NCBI RefSeq assembly: GCF_000006765.1 | Contig: NC_002516.2 | Length of the DNA stretch: 64,000 nucleotides | Strand: one strand, 5' to 3' | DNA from: Pseudomonas aeruginosa PAO1 | GTDB lineage: Bacteria > Pseudomonadota > Gammaproteobacteria > Pseudomonadales > Pseudomonadaceae | Shown here: positions 9,776-18,254 of the stretch, one piece after another | Position numbering within the stretch: position 1 is the stretch's first letter | How the letters are laid out: each line of letters begins with the position of its first letter | Position numbers and translations under genes: made by a program | Notes under the pieces: model-generated | Seen by the model: only the letters and a program-made list of their open reading frames with translations | Told to the model about the DNA's origin: nothing | Database searches by the model: none

Positions 9776-9889
9776 CGAACACCTCGTATCCAGCGGAATC
9801 GGGGCGGAACGGCCGCCCGGCGGAAGTTGCATCGCTACAAGGTGAGCGTCCGACAGCGGACCACCCACCCGCCCCGACGCTGGGGCGAA

Positions 9890-9975
9890 ACGACGAAGAC
9901 GCCACGGGCCTCTGCCGGGAAGGAGAGGCCGCGCGACGTCTTTGTCGGGGATGGGTAACCGCCGTTGGCTACCGT
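9890..9975 (-). promoter_or_regulatory. Candidate ANTAR dual-hairpin attenuator in the nasA leader
   Basis: GTAGCC-AACGGC-GGTTAC (9955-9972) and CGAC-AAAGAC-GTCG (9934-9947); the second overlaps a long hairpin at 9896-9942. Confidence 0.7.
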
Positions 9976-9987
9976 CAGGCAGGACGT

Positions 9988-10003
9988 AGCAAGCTCTTTG
10001 CCA
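9988..10003 (-). promoter_or_regulatory. Sigma-54 promoter of nasA
   Basis: TGGCAA-AGAGC-TTGCT on the minus strand. Confidence 0.85.
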
Positions 10004-10128
10004 AGTTGTCGAAAGCGCGGCGTAGAGCGGTTGCAGGGACAACCATGGCGTCGGGCGTGCACGCCGCGGTGGCAGGCGTCGGGGGCTTGCACAGGGCTGG
10101 GGCGGCGCGTCCGTGCGCCGTCGGCGGT

Positions 10129-10824
10129 TCAGCGATGGGCGGTGTTCAGGTGGTAGATGGTCACGCGGCTGCCTTCGCCGCTGTCGCCGGCGTTGTCGTT
10201 CACGTAGGCGCCGGCCTTGAAATAGAGCAACTGGTCGTTCCAGGCGCTGCCGAGGGTCTGGTAGTAAGCGTCCTCTTCGCCGTCCTGGCTGCGCGCGCGC
10301 ACCGCCAACTCGCCGCTGGAGGTGACGCGCAGGCTGTAGTTGAAGCGCTCGCCCAGGCGTACCTGCTCGAGGATCGACACGTTGCGGCTATAGGAATCGT
10401 CCGGGTGGTTGCGTACCAGCGCCTCGACCCGGCCGAGGCCTTCCTCGGGCTTGTAGTAGTACTGCAGCTTCACCAGAGGTTCGCCGTCGTCGGTCTGTGG
10501 CGACTTGCTGTGGATCTGGCCGATGATCACCTTGTTCTTCGAGGGGACCTTCTCGACGCTCATGGTCACCCGCAGTTCGTTGTCGGCCTGCCAGTAGTAC
10601 CAGTTGTCGAGGCTGCCGTCGGCCTGGGTTTCGCGCAGTTCGGTGCGAGGATAGGTGCTGTCCTCGGTGTGCGAGCCGTCGATGGGCACCCAGAAGACCA
10701 GGCCGCCATCGTTGCCTTGCTGGAAGTACCGGCTCTGGTAGCCGTTGTTGAGTTGCTGGGTGGTGATCACCTGCGGGGTGGGTTCGGTGGGAATGGTAAG
10801 GTTCCAGGTGCTGAGATCGATCAT
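10129..10824 (-). CDS. Polysaccharide lyase family 7 (alginate lyase-like) protein
   Basis: PL7 motifs YPRTELRE, IIGQIH and YFKAGAY; AGGAG lies 9 nt before the ATG at 10824 (MIDLSTWNL). Confidence 0.85.
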   Translation of the reverse strand: MIDLSTWNLTIPTEPTPQVITTQQLNNGYQSRYFQQGNDGGLVFWVPIDGSHTEDSTYPRTELRETQADGSLDNWYYWQADNELRVTMSVEKVPSKNKVIIGQIHSKSPQTDDGEPLVKLQYYYKPEEGLGRVEALVRNHPDDSYSRNVSILEQVRLGERFNYSLRVTSSGELAVRARSQDGEEDAYYQTLGSAWNDQLLYFKAGAYVNDNAGDSGEGSRVTIYHLNTAHR

Positions 10825-11053
10825 GCTGAGCATCTCCTGACCGCTGAGTCGGCGGTGCGGTTCGGGCGGACGCCTGCGGCTCCTAGCCCTGGGCGTCCAC
10901 TGCGGGCCTCCCTGGTCATGCTAGTCGAGGGTGGCGAGGGGGTAGCTCCCAGAACGGATAGGGCCGTTCCGGGCGCACGAGCATAGCCGCGCCGCTCTGC
11001 GCCGGGGGCCAGCAGGATGGCTGGCGATATGATCGCCAGCTGCCCAGCCGGAT

Positions 11054-11632
11054 TCAGCCGCCGAGCATGTCGTGCATGGCGATGATCTGCTCGGCGACCT
11101 GGATCAGCCTCTGCTGGCGGCTCATGGCCTGGCGCCGCATCAGCGTGTAGGCCTCCTCCTCGCCGCAATGCTTCATCTTCATCAGCAGGCCCTTGGCCAG
11201 CTCGATGCGCTTGCGCTCGGCCAGCTGCGCCTCGCGCGCCTGCAGTTGAGCGCGCAGCGCCTGGTCGCTCTCGAAGCGCGCCATGGCGACGTCGAGGATC
11301 GGTTGCAGGCGGCTGGCCTGGATGCCTTCGACGATGTAGGCGCTGACCCCGGACTGGATGGCGCGGCGCATCACTCCCGGATCGTGCTCGTCGGTGAACA
11401 TCACGATCGGGCGCGGCTGGTCGCGGCTGACCAGGCAGACCTGCTCCATCACGTCGCGGCCGGGAGACTCCGTGTCGATCAGGATCACGTCGGGACGCAG
11501 CGCTTCGACGCGCGCCGGCAGGTCGATGGTCAGCCCCGACTCGTCCACCACTTCGAAACCGCTCTCGAGCAGGGCGGCCCTGAGGCGTCCGACTTTCTTC
11601 GGCGTGTCGTCGATCAGCAGGATACGCAGCAT
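11054..11632 (-). CDS. nasT: ANTAR-domain antiterminator NasT
   Basis: N-terminal receiver-like domain plus ANTAR signature ERKRIELAKGLLM...EEEAYTLMRRQAM. Confidence 0.93.
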   Translation of the reverse strand: MLRILLIDDTPKKVGRLRAALLESGFEVVDESGLTIDLPARVEALRPDVILIDTESPGRDVMEQVCLVSRDQPRPIVMFTDEHDPGVMRRAIQSGVSAYIVEGIQASRLQPILDVAMARFESDQALRAQLQAREAQLAERKRIELAKGLLMKMKHCGEEEAYTLMRRQAMSRQQRLIQVAEQIIAMHDMLGG

Positions 11633-11648
11633 GGCGGGCGCACCAGGG

Positions 11649-12857
11649 TCAGAGGTCGATGCCCTGGCCGGTTTCGGCCAGGGCGTGGATCGGGAAGCTG
11701 CGGGCGTAGCCGGCGGGGTCGCTGCCGTCCCAGGTGCGCCCGTCGATCAGTGTCGAGCGGCGCATGTCGGCGCCGTCCAGGCACAAGCCAAGGGCCGTCG
11801 CGGCATCGCGGTACAGCGCGGTCTGCTGGACCCTGCGGGCGATGCCCAGGTAGTCCGGGTCTTCGCGCAGCAGGCCCCAGCGGCGGAATTGGGTCATGAA
11901 CCACATGCCATCCGAGAGCCAGGGCCGGTTGACTTCGCCGTCGGCATAGAAACGCAGCGGATGCGGGTCCTGCCAGGCGTTGCCGAGGCCGTCCTGGTAG
12001 CGGCCGAAGAAGCGCGGCTGGATCGCGCCGAGCGGAGCGTCGACATAGTCGCGGCCGCTGATCAGTTGCGCGGTGCCCAGGCGGTTCTCGGCGTTCTGTT
12101 CGATGAAGCGGCTGGCGTCGAGGACCGCCATGACCAGCGCGCGGGCGGTGTTCGGGTAGGCGTCGACGAAGGCGCGGGTAGTGCCGAGGACCTTTTCCGG
12201 GTGGTCCGGCCAGATCGCCTGGCTGGTGGCGATGGTGAAGCCCTGGCCCTGGTCCACGGCCAGGGCGCCCCAGGGTCCGCCGGCGCAGAACCCGTCGATG
12301 CGCCCGGCCTGGAGATGGCCGACCATCTGCGCCGGTGGAACCACCACGCTGTGCACGTCGTGCAGCGGATGCAGACCGAGGCTCGCCAGCCAGTAGTTCA
12401 GCCAGAGCGCGTGGGTACCGGTGGGAAAGGTCTGCGCCAGGGTCAGGCGTGCACCATTCTGGCGCCGATGCCGGAGCAGTGCCTCCGCACTGGTCACGCC
12501 AGCCTGCTTCAGCGGTTCGGAAAGATTGATCGCCTGGCCGTTCTGGCACAGTCCCATGAGCACCGCCATCTCGCTTGCCGCGCTGCCGCCGAGGCCGAGC
12601 TGGACGCCGTAGACCAGCCCGTACAGGCACTGCGCGGCATCCAGCTCGCCGCTGAGCAGTTTGTCGCGCAAGGTGGCCCAGGACGGTTGGCGCCTGAGAT
12701 TGAGCGTGAGGCCGTAGGGCTGGGCGAAGCCCTGGGTGGCGGCCACGATCAGCGAGGCCGAATCGGTCAGCGCCATGAAACCGATGTCCAGGGCGCTCTT
12801 TTCCGGTGCGTCGGAACCGCCGGCCCAGGCCTGGCTGCGTATCGCTCTGTCTGTCAT
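11649..12857 (-). CDS. nasS: Nitrate sensor NasS (NrtA/CmpA-like binding protein, no signal peptide)
   Basis: IGFMALTDSASLIVA, SWATLRDKLLSGELDAAQ, WPDHPEKV; directly upstream of nasT; start refined to 12857. Confidence 0.88.
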   Translation of the reverse strand: MTDRAIRSQAWAGGSDAPEKSALDIGFMALTDSASLIVAATQGFAQPYGLTLNLRRQPSWATLRDKLLSGELDAAQCLYGLVYGVQLGLGGSAASEMAVLMGLCQNGQAINLSEPLKQAGVTSAEALLRHRRQNGARLTLAQTFPTGTHALWLNYWLASLGLHPLHDVHSVVVPPAQMVGHLQAGRIDGFCAGGPWGALAVDQGQGFTIATSQAIWPDHPEKVLGTTRAFVDAYPNTARALVMAVLDASRFIEQNAENRLGTAQLISGRDYVDAPLGAIQPRFFGRYQDGLGNAWQDPHPLRFYADGEVNRPWLSDGMWFMTQFRRWGLLREDPDYLGIARRVQQTALYRDAATALGLCLDGADMRRSTLIDGRTWDGSDPAGYARSFPIHALAETGQGIDL

Positions 12858-12946
12858 CACCACCTCGAGTGCGGGAGAGCGGCGCGGGCCGTCCCGTTTT
12901 CCAGTGCGCAGGCGCCGTCGTCGGCGCGCTTTTCCATAGCTGCCAC

Positions 12947-12962
12947 AGCAAGCGCTATGCCA
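12947..12962 (-). promoter_or_regulatory. Sigma-54 promoter of nasST
   Basis: TGGCAT-AGCGC-TTGCT on the minus strand. Confidence 0.85.
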
Positions 12963-12990
12963 GGCGGCGCGGGGGTTTTCGCCGGGCAAG

Positions 12991-13016
12991 AAAAAGCCCC
13001 GCACGGGGCGGGGCTT
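12991..13016 (-). terminator. Intrinsic terminator of acnB
   Basis: AAGCCCCGC-CCCGT-GCGGGGCTT followed by a T run on the minus strand. Confidence 0.75.
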
Positions 13017-13034
13017 GTTCGACGCGTCGCTGGA

Positions 13035-15644
13035 TCAGGCCTGGACGACCGGGATCTTGGCGTTCGCAGCCGCTTCGCGGAACTCGGCGATCTGGTCGAA
13101 GCTCAGGTAGCGGTAGACGTCGGCAGCCATGCTGTCGATGTCCTTCGCGTAGGCCATGTACTCCTCCACGGTCGGCAGTTTGCCGAGGATCGAGGAGACC
13201 GCCGCCAGCTCGGCCGATGCCAGGAACACATCGGTGGCATCGCCCAGACGGTTCGGGAAGTTACGGGTCGAAGTGGAGACCACGGTGGAACCGGTCTGGA
13301 CGCGAGCCTGGTTGCCCATGCACAGCGAGCAGCCCGGCATTTCCATGCGCGCGCCAGCCTTGCCGTAGATGCCGTAGTAGCCTTCCTCGGTCAGCTGGTG
13401 GGCGTCCATCTTGGTCGGCGGAGCCAGCCACAGACGGGTCGGGATGCCGCCCTTGACCTTGTCCAGCAGCTTGCCGGCGGCGCGGAAGTGACCGATGTTG
13501 GTCATGCAGGAGCCGATGAACACTTCATCGATCTTGCGGCCCTGTACGCTCGACAGCAGACGCGCGTCGTCCGGATCGTTCGGCGCGCAGAGCACTGGCT
13601 CCTTGACGTCGGCCAGGTCGATCTCGATCACCGCGGCGTACTCGGCGTCCTTGTCGGCTTCCAGCAGCTCCGGCTTGGCCAGCCAGGCTTCCATCGCCTG
13701 GGCGCGACGCTCCAGGGTGCGCGGGTCGCCGTAGCCTTCGCCGATCATCCAGCGCAGCAGGGTGATGTTGGACTTCAGGTACTCGGCGATCGCCTGTTCC
13801 GGCAGCTTGATGGTGCAGCCGGCGGCGGAACGCTCGGCCGAGGCGTCGGACAGCTCGAAGGCCTGCTCCACGGTCAGGTCGTTGAGGCCTTCGATCTCGA
13901 GGATGCGGCCGGAGAAGATGTTCTTCTTGCCCTTCTTCTCGACGGTCAGCAGGCCCTGCTGGATCGCGTAGTAAGGGATCGCATGGACCAGGTCACGCAG
14001 GGTGATGCCCGGTTGCAGCTTGCCCTTGAAGCGCACCAGCACCGACTCCGGCATGTCCAGCGGCATCACGCCGGTGGCGGCGGCGAAGGCCACCAGGCCG
14101 GAGCCGGCCGGGAACGAGATGCCGATCGGGAAGCGGGTGTGCGAGTCGCCGCCGGTACCAACGGTATCGGGCAGCAGCATGCGGTTCAGCCAGCTGTGGA
14201 TGATGCCGTCGCCCGGACGCAGCGACACGCCGCCACGGGTCATGATGAAGTCGGGCAGGGTGTGGTGGGTCTTGACGTCGATCGGCTTCGGATAGGCCGC
14301 GGTGTGGCAGAAGGACTGCATCACCAGGTCGGCGGAGAAGCCGAGGCAGGCGAGGTCCTTCAGTTCGTCGCGGGTCATCGGGCCGGTGGTGTCCTGGGAA
14401 CCGACGGTGGTCATCTTCGGTTCGCAGTAGGTGCCCGGGCGCACGCCCTGGCCTTCCGGCAGACCGCAGGCGCGGCCGACCATTTTCTGCGCCAGGGTGA
14501 AGCCCTTGCCGCTATCGGCCGGTGCTTCCGGCTTGCGGAACAGGTCGGAGGCGCCCAGGCCCAGCTCGGCGCGGGCCTTCTCGGTCAGGCCACGGCCGAC
14601 GATCAGCGGGATACGGCCGCCGGCGCGGACTTCGTCGAGCAGGACCGGGGTCTTCAGCTCGAAGGTGGTGACCACTTCGCCGCTGTCGTGGCGAACGACC
14701 TTGCCTTCATAGGGGTATACGTCGATGACGTCGCCCATGGCCAGGTTGGTGCAGTCGAACTCGATCGGCAGGGCGCCGGCATCTTCCATGGTGTTGTAGA
14801 AGATCGGTGCGATCTTGGTGCCGAAGCAGAAGCCGCCGGCACGCTTGTTCGGCACGAACGGAATGTCGTCGCCGAAGAACCACAGCACCGAGTTGGTGGC
14901 GGATTTGCGCGAGGAACCGGTGCCGACCACGTCGCCGACGTAGGCGACCGGGAAGCCCTTGGCCTTGACCGCTTCGATCTGCTTCAGCGGACCGACCGAA
15001 CCCGGCTGGACCGGCTCGATGCCGTCGCGGGCCATCTTCAGCATGGCCAGGGCGTGCAGCGGGATGTCCGGGCGCGACCAGGCGTCGGGGGCCGGGGAGA
15101 GGTCGTCGGTGTTGGTTTCGCCGGGGACCTTGAATACGGTGAGAGTCAGCTTTTCCGGGACTTCCGGCTTGGCCTTGAACCACTCGCCATCGGCCCAGGA
15201 TTGCAGCACGGACTTGGCCGCGGCATTGCCCTTCTTGGCGCGCTCGGCGACGTCGTGGAAGGCGTCGAACATCAGCAGGGTGTGCTTCAGCTGTTCGGCG
15301 GCGGTGTTGGCCAGTTCGGCGTCGTCCAGCAGTTCGACCAGGGTGGCGATGTTGTAGCCGCCCTGCATGGTGCCCAGCAGCTCGGCGGCACGTTGCTTGT
15401 CGATAAGGGGGGAGGTGGCTTCGCCCTTGACGATGGCGGAAAGGAATCCGGCCTTGACGTAGGCGGCTTCGTCGACGCCCGGCGGTACGCGGTTGGTGAT
15501 CAGGTCAAGGAGGAATTCTTCTTCGCCGGCCGGCGGGTTCTTCAGCAGCTCGACCAGGCCTGCGGTCTGTTCGGCGTTCAGCGGTTGGGGCACGACACCC
15601 TGGGCGGCACGCTCTTCTACGTGTTTGCGGTAGGCTTCAAGCAC
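13035..15644 (-). CDS. acnB: Aconitate hydratase B
   Basis: [16 protein letters not shown] start (GTG at 15644, 869 aa); [30 protein letters not shown] and STRNFPNR. Confidence 0.97.
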   Translation of the reverse strand: MLEAYRKHVEERAAQGVVPQPLNAEQTAGLVELLKNPPAGEEEFLLDLITNRVPPGVDEAAYVKAGFLSAIVKGEATSPLIDKQRAAELLGTMQGGYNIATLVELLDDAELANTAAEQLKHTLLMFDAFHDVAERAKKGNAAAKSVLQSWADGEWFKAKPEVPEKLTLTVFKVPGETNTDDLSPAPDAWSRPDIPLHALAMLKMARDGIEPVQPGSVGPLKQIEAVKAKGFPVAYVGDVVGTGSSRKSATNSVLWFFGDDIPFVPNKRAGGFCFGTKIAPIFYNTMEDAGALPIEFDCTNLAMGDVIDVYPYEGKVVRHDSGEVVTTFELKTPVLLDEVRAGGRIPLIVGRGLTEKARAELGLGASDLFRKPEAPADSGKGFTLAQKMVGRACGLPEGQGVRPGTYCEPKMTTVGSQDTTGPMTRDELKDLACLGFSADLVMQSFCHTAAYPKPIDVKTHHTLPDFIMTRGGVSLRPGDGIIHSWLNRMLLPDTVGTGGDSHTRFPIGISFPAGSGLVAFAAATGVMPLDMPESVLVRFKGKLQPGITLRDLVHAIPYYAIQQGLLTVEKKGKKNIFSGRILEIEGLNDLTVEQAFELSDASAERSAAGCTIKLPEQAIAEYLKSNITLLRWMIGEGYGDPRTLERRAQAMEAWLAKPELLEADKDAEYAAVIEIDLADVKEPVLCAPNDPDDARLLSSVQGRKIDEVFIGSCMTNIGHFRAAGKLLDKVKGGIPTRLWLAPPTKMDAHQLTEEGYYGIYGKAGARMEMPGCSLCMGNQARVQTGSTVVSTSTRNFPNRLGDATDVFLASAELAAVSSILGKLPTVEEYMAYAKDIDSMAADVYRYLSFDQIAEFREAAANAKIPVVQA

Positions 15645-15917
15645 AGTATTTCCCTCATCAGTGGTCCCGGGGGACACGTATCCAGGAACCGACGCAGATC
15701 CGCTCGTCAGGCCCAGGTGGACGGTAATCCACCAACCTACGAGGGCATCGGCAGGTTCCAGACAGAAGCTGTTTTCAAAGTTTTACGCCGGCGGGCTGGG
15801 GTGGGGCTGGCGAGACGCTTGAGGGAGGCGCCGTCGCCAGCGTACCTGCCGGAAACTGTGCTCGTGACGCTTTGAAAACAGCTTCTAACGGACATTGGCG
15901 CCTAAAAAGGCGGACCA

Positions 15918-15946
15918 ATGTTACTGGAAACTCGACGCAAAGTTAA
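15918..15946 (-). promoter_or_regulatory. Candidate sigma-70 promoter of acnB
   Basis: TTAACT-N17-TAACAT on the minus strand, implying a leader of about 265 nt. Confidence 0.45.
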
Positions 15947-16025
15947 GTCGGAAACCCTAGGAACCACAGGGTGAACTTGATTAGACAAAGGGCTAAGATG
16001 CCGCTTTGTTTTCGTTGTCCCGGCC

Positions 16026-16493
16026 ATGTCTTCGCAAAGAATCAAAACCCCCTGCGTAGGGCTTTGCTCCACGGTATACGGCGACCTGGTATGCCGTGGC
16101 TGCAAGCGTTTCCACCATGAGGTGGTCAACTGGAACCTCTACGACGCCGAGGAAAAGCGGGCTGTCTGGAGTCGCCTTGAGCAGTTGCTGGCCCAGGTGA
16201 TGGCCGTCAAGCTGGAAGTCTTCGACGCCGCGCGCCTGCGCCTGCAACTGGAGCAGCGGCAGATCCGCTTCGTCCCCGAGCAGTCTCCCTATTGCTGGGC
16301 CTACCAGTTGATCGCCCGCGGTTCCCGGCTGATCAACCAGATCGAAGCCTACGGCGTGGCACTGCTGCCGGAATTCCGCGACTGGAGCCTGCCGGACCTG
16401 CGCGATGCCATCGACCGGGAATTCTTCCTGCTGTCGGAAGCGCATTACCAGCGCTACATCGCGCCCTCGTTCCTGCAGGCGATCGACAGATAG
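16026..16493 (+). CDS. DUF1289-like protein with N-terminal four-Cys cluster
   Basis: TPCVGLC...CRGCKRFHHEVVNW pattern; GC-rich third codon positions; followed by a terminator. Confidence 0.8.
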   Translation: MSSQRIKTPCVGLCSTVYGDLVCRGCKRFHHEVVNWNLYDAEEKRAVWSRLEQLLAQVMAVKLEVFDAARLRLQLEQRQIRFVPEQSPYCWAYQLIARGSRLINQIEAYGVALLPEFRDWSLPDLRDAIDREFFLLSEAHYQRYIAPSFLQAIDR

Positions 16494-16506
16494 GCGGTGT
16501 CTCCAG

Positions 16507-16536
16507 CGAAAAAGCCGCCCTTGGGCGGCTTTTTCG
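16507..16536. terminator. Bidirectional terminator
   Basis: CGAAAAAGCCGCCC-TT-GGGCGGCTTTTTCG between convergent genes. Confidence 0.85.
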
Positions 16537-16548
16537 TCCGACCAGCGG

Positions 16549-17412
16549 TCACTCCTTGCTGGCCAGCTCCTCCAGGTGGGCGATGATGTCGTCCGGCTTC
16601 AACACCAGCACGTCGCTTTCCAGGGTATCCAGCACCACTTCCGCGGTATTGCCGATCAGCGCGCCGGACAACCCGGTGCGCGCCACGGTGCCGATCACGG
16701 TGACCACCGCGTCGAGCTTCTGCGCGGTGCGCGGGATCAGCACGTCGGCCGGACCTTCCTCGATGTGCAATTGTTCGTCGCTGAAACCGTACTCGGCCTG
16801 GAAGGTGCGGCAGGCCTCGCGATAGCGGGCCTCGATGGTTTCGCTGAGCTGGAAGGTCGGGTCGGCGGAGGAGAGCATCGGCGAGGGGTGGGCGCTGATC
16901 ACGTGCAGCGTGGCCTTGGCCAGGCCGGCGATGTCGTAGGCATGGCTGATGATCCCGGCGTGCAGGGAGCGGTGCTCGCCGTCGTTGTTGCCGACGTCGA
17001 CCGCGGCGAGGATCTTTCCGCCCGTCCAGGGCCGGGCGGTCTTGGTCATCAGTACCGGGCAGGGCGCGAAGCGCAGCAGTTTCCAGTCGTCCGGGGTGAG
17101 GATGGCCTTTTTCAGCGGGTTGTCGGGAAAGTGCTGCTTGATGATCAGCCCGCAGCCTTCGGCCTGTTGCTCGGCGATGATGGTCTGGTGCAGGGAGTCC
17201 TTCCAGGCCTGGTTGGTCGAGACGCTGTAGCCTTCCTCGCGCAGTTCCTGGGCCAGGTCATTGAGGGCGGCGCTGTGGTCGCGGCGCTTCTCGCAGACCA
17301 GCAGGTGCAGGTGCGACTGGGTCACGCCGGCGATCAGTTGTGCCCGTTTCAGGGCGAGACCTTCCAGCTGGTCCGGTTCAATCACCACGAGGATGCTGCG
17401 AATGGCTTGCAT
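16549..17412 (-). CDS. Tandem-domain universal stress protein (UspE-like)
   Basis: Two Usp domains: RSILVVIEP...LLRFAPCPVLMTK and KILAAVDV...GTVARTGLSGALIGNTAEVVL...DVLVLKP. Confidence 0.88.
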   Translation of the reverse strand: MQAIRSILVVIEPDQLEGLALKRAQLIAGVTQSHLHLLVCEKRRDHSAALNDLAQELREEGYSVSTNQAWKDSLHQTIIAEQQAEGCGLIIKQHFPDNPLKKAILTPDDWKLLRFAPCPVLMTKTARPWTGGKILAAVDVGNNDGEHRSLHAGIISHAYDIAGLAKATLHVISAHPSPMLSSADPTFQLSETIEARYREACRTFQAEYGFSDEQLHIEEGPADVLIPRTAQKLDAVVTVIGTVARTGLSGALIGNTAEVVLDTLESDVLVLKPDDIIAHLEELASKE

Positions 17413-17477
17413 GATCGTCTCCCTGAGTGCTTGTGGTTATCGCTGAAACAACTCTAGACGCAATCCAGCCGCTGCTC

Positions 17478-17491
17478 TTGATGCATATCAA
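17478..17491. promoter_or_regulatory. Anr/FNR box
   Basis: Perfect TTGAT-GCAT-ATCAA. A TAGAGT -10 at 17451-17456 (minus strand) fits a class II -41.5 position for the usp gene. Confidence 0.85.
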
Positions 17492-17594
17492 ACGGGTCGG
17501 CCTGCCCGACCGCCGCAGCTTCCGTATAATGCTCCGCCTTTCCTGCCCCGACCAGCGTCATGGCAGGCCCTTTCCAGAATGAGTGACCTGCACC

Positions 17595-18206
17595 ATGTTG
17601 CCCGAGATCGACCAATTCCTTGCCTGTTCCACTCCCGCCGCCTGGGTCGAGGCGGCCCTGGAGCGCCAGGACGTCATGCTGCTGGACCACAAGGCCTGCG
17701 AGATGAAGGCCGCGGCGACGGCGATGCAACTGATCGGCAAGTACTCCGGCCGCCTGGACCTGGTGAACAAGATGAGCCGCCTGGCGCGCGAGGAGCTGCG
17801 CCACTTCGAGCAGGTGCTGGCGATCCTGAAGAAACGCGGTATCCGGGTGGTCAATGTCAGCGCCTCCCGCTACGCCTCGGCGCTGCGCGACCTGGTGCGC
17901 AAGCAGGAGCCGCAGCGGCTGACCGATACGCTGGTGGTCGGCGCCTTCATCGAGGCGCGTTCCTGCGAGCGCTTCGCCGCCCTGGTGCCGCACCTGGACG
18001 CGGAGCTGGCGAAATTCTACGGCGGTTTGCTGAAGTCCGAGTCGCGGCATTTCCAGGACTACCTGAAGCTGGCCTACCAGTACGGCGACGAGGCCGACGT
18101 GGAGCGGACGATCGAGGTGGTGCGGGCCAAGGAGGCCGAGCTGATCAGCAGTCCGGACAACGAATTCCGCTTCCACAGCGGCCTCCCGGTGGACCTGGTG
18201 GCCTGA
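17595..18206 (+). CDS. miaE: tRNA-(ms2io6A37) hydroxylase (ferritin-like di-iron)
   Basis: DHKACEMKAA, REELRHFEQV, IEARSCERF and SESRHF motifs; TATAAT at 17525-17530. Confidence 0.88.
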   Translation: MLPEIDQFLACSTPAAWVEAALERQDVMLLDHKACEMKAAATAMQLIGKYSGRLDLVNKMSRLAREELRHFEQVLAILKKRGIRVVNVSASRYASALRDLVRKQEPQRLTDTLVVGAFIEARSCERFAALVPHLDAELAKFYGGLLKSESRHFQDYLKLAYQYGDEADVERTIEVVRAKEAELISSPDNEFRFHSGLPVDLVA

Positions 18207-18218
18207 GCCGGAAACAAG

Positions 18219-18244
18219 AAAGCGCCCCGCGGGGCGCTTTTTTT
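18219..18244. terminator. Intrinsic terminator after miaE
   Basis: AAAGCGCCCC-GC-GGGGCGCTTT followed by TTTT. Confidence 0.8.
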
Positions 18245-18254
18245 GCTGCCTGGA

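Noticed and set aside
13001-13015. GCAC-N7-GGGC as an NtrC site for nasS
   Set aside because: It is fully explained by the acnB terminator hairpin, is single and is close to the promoter. Unsupported.
11358-15875. 1505-aa plus-strand ORF, and similar long antisense ORFs such as 1455-3956, 4191-6635, 21031-23928, 42547-45669 and 52815-55025
   Set aside because: These are antisense shadows of real genes. Strong GC3 bias suppresses stops on the opposite strand; they show no motifs and no RBS.
15975-16001. GAACTT upstream of the DUF1289 gene as a possible AlgU promoter
   Set aside because: There is no TCTnA at 16-17 bp spacing.
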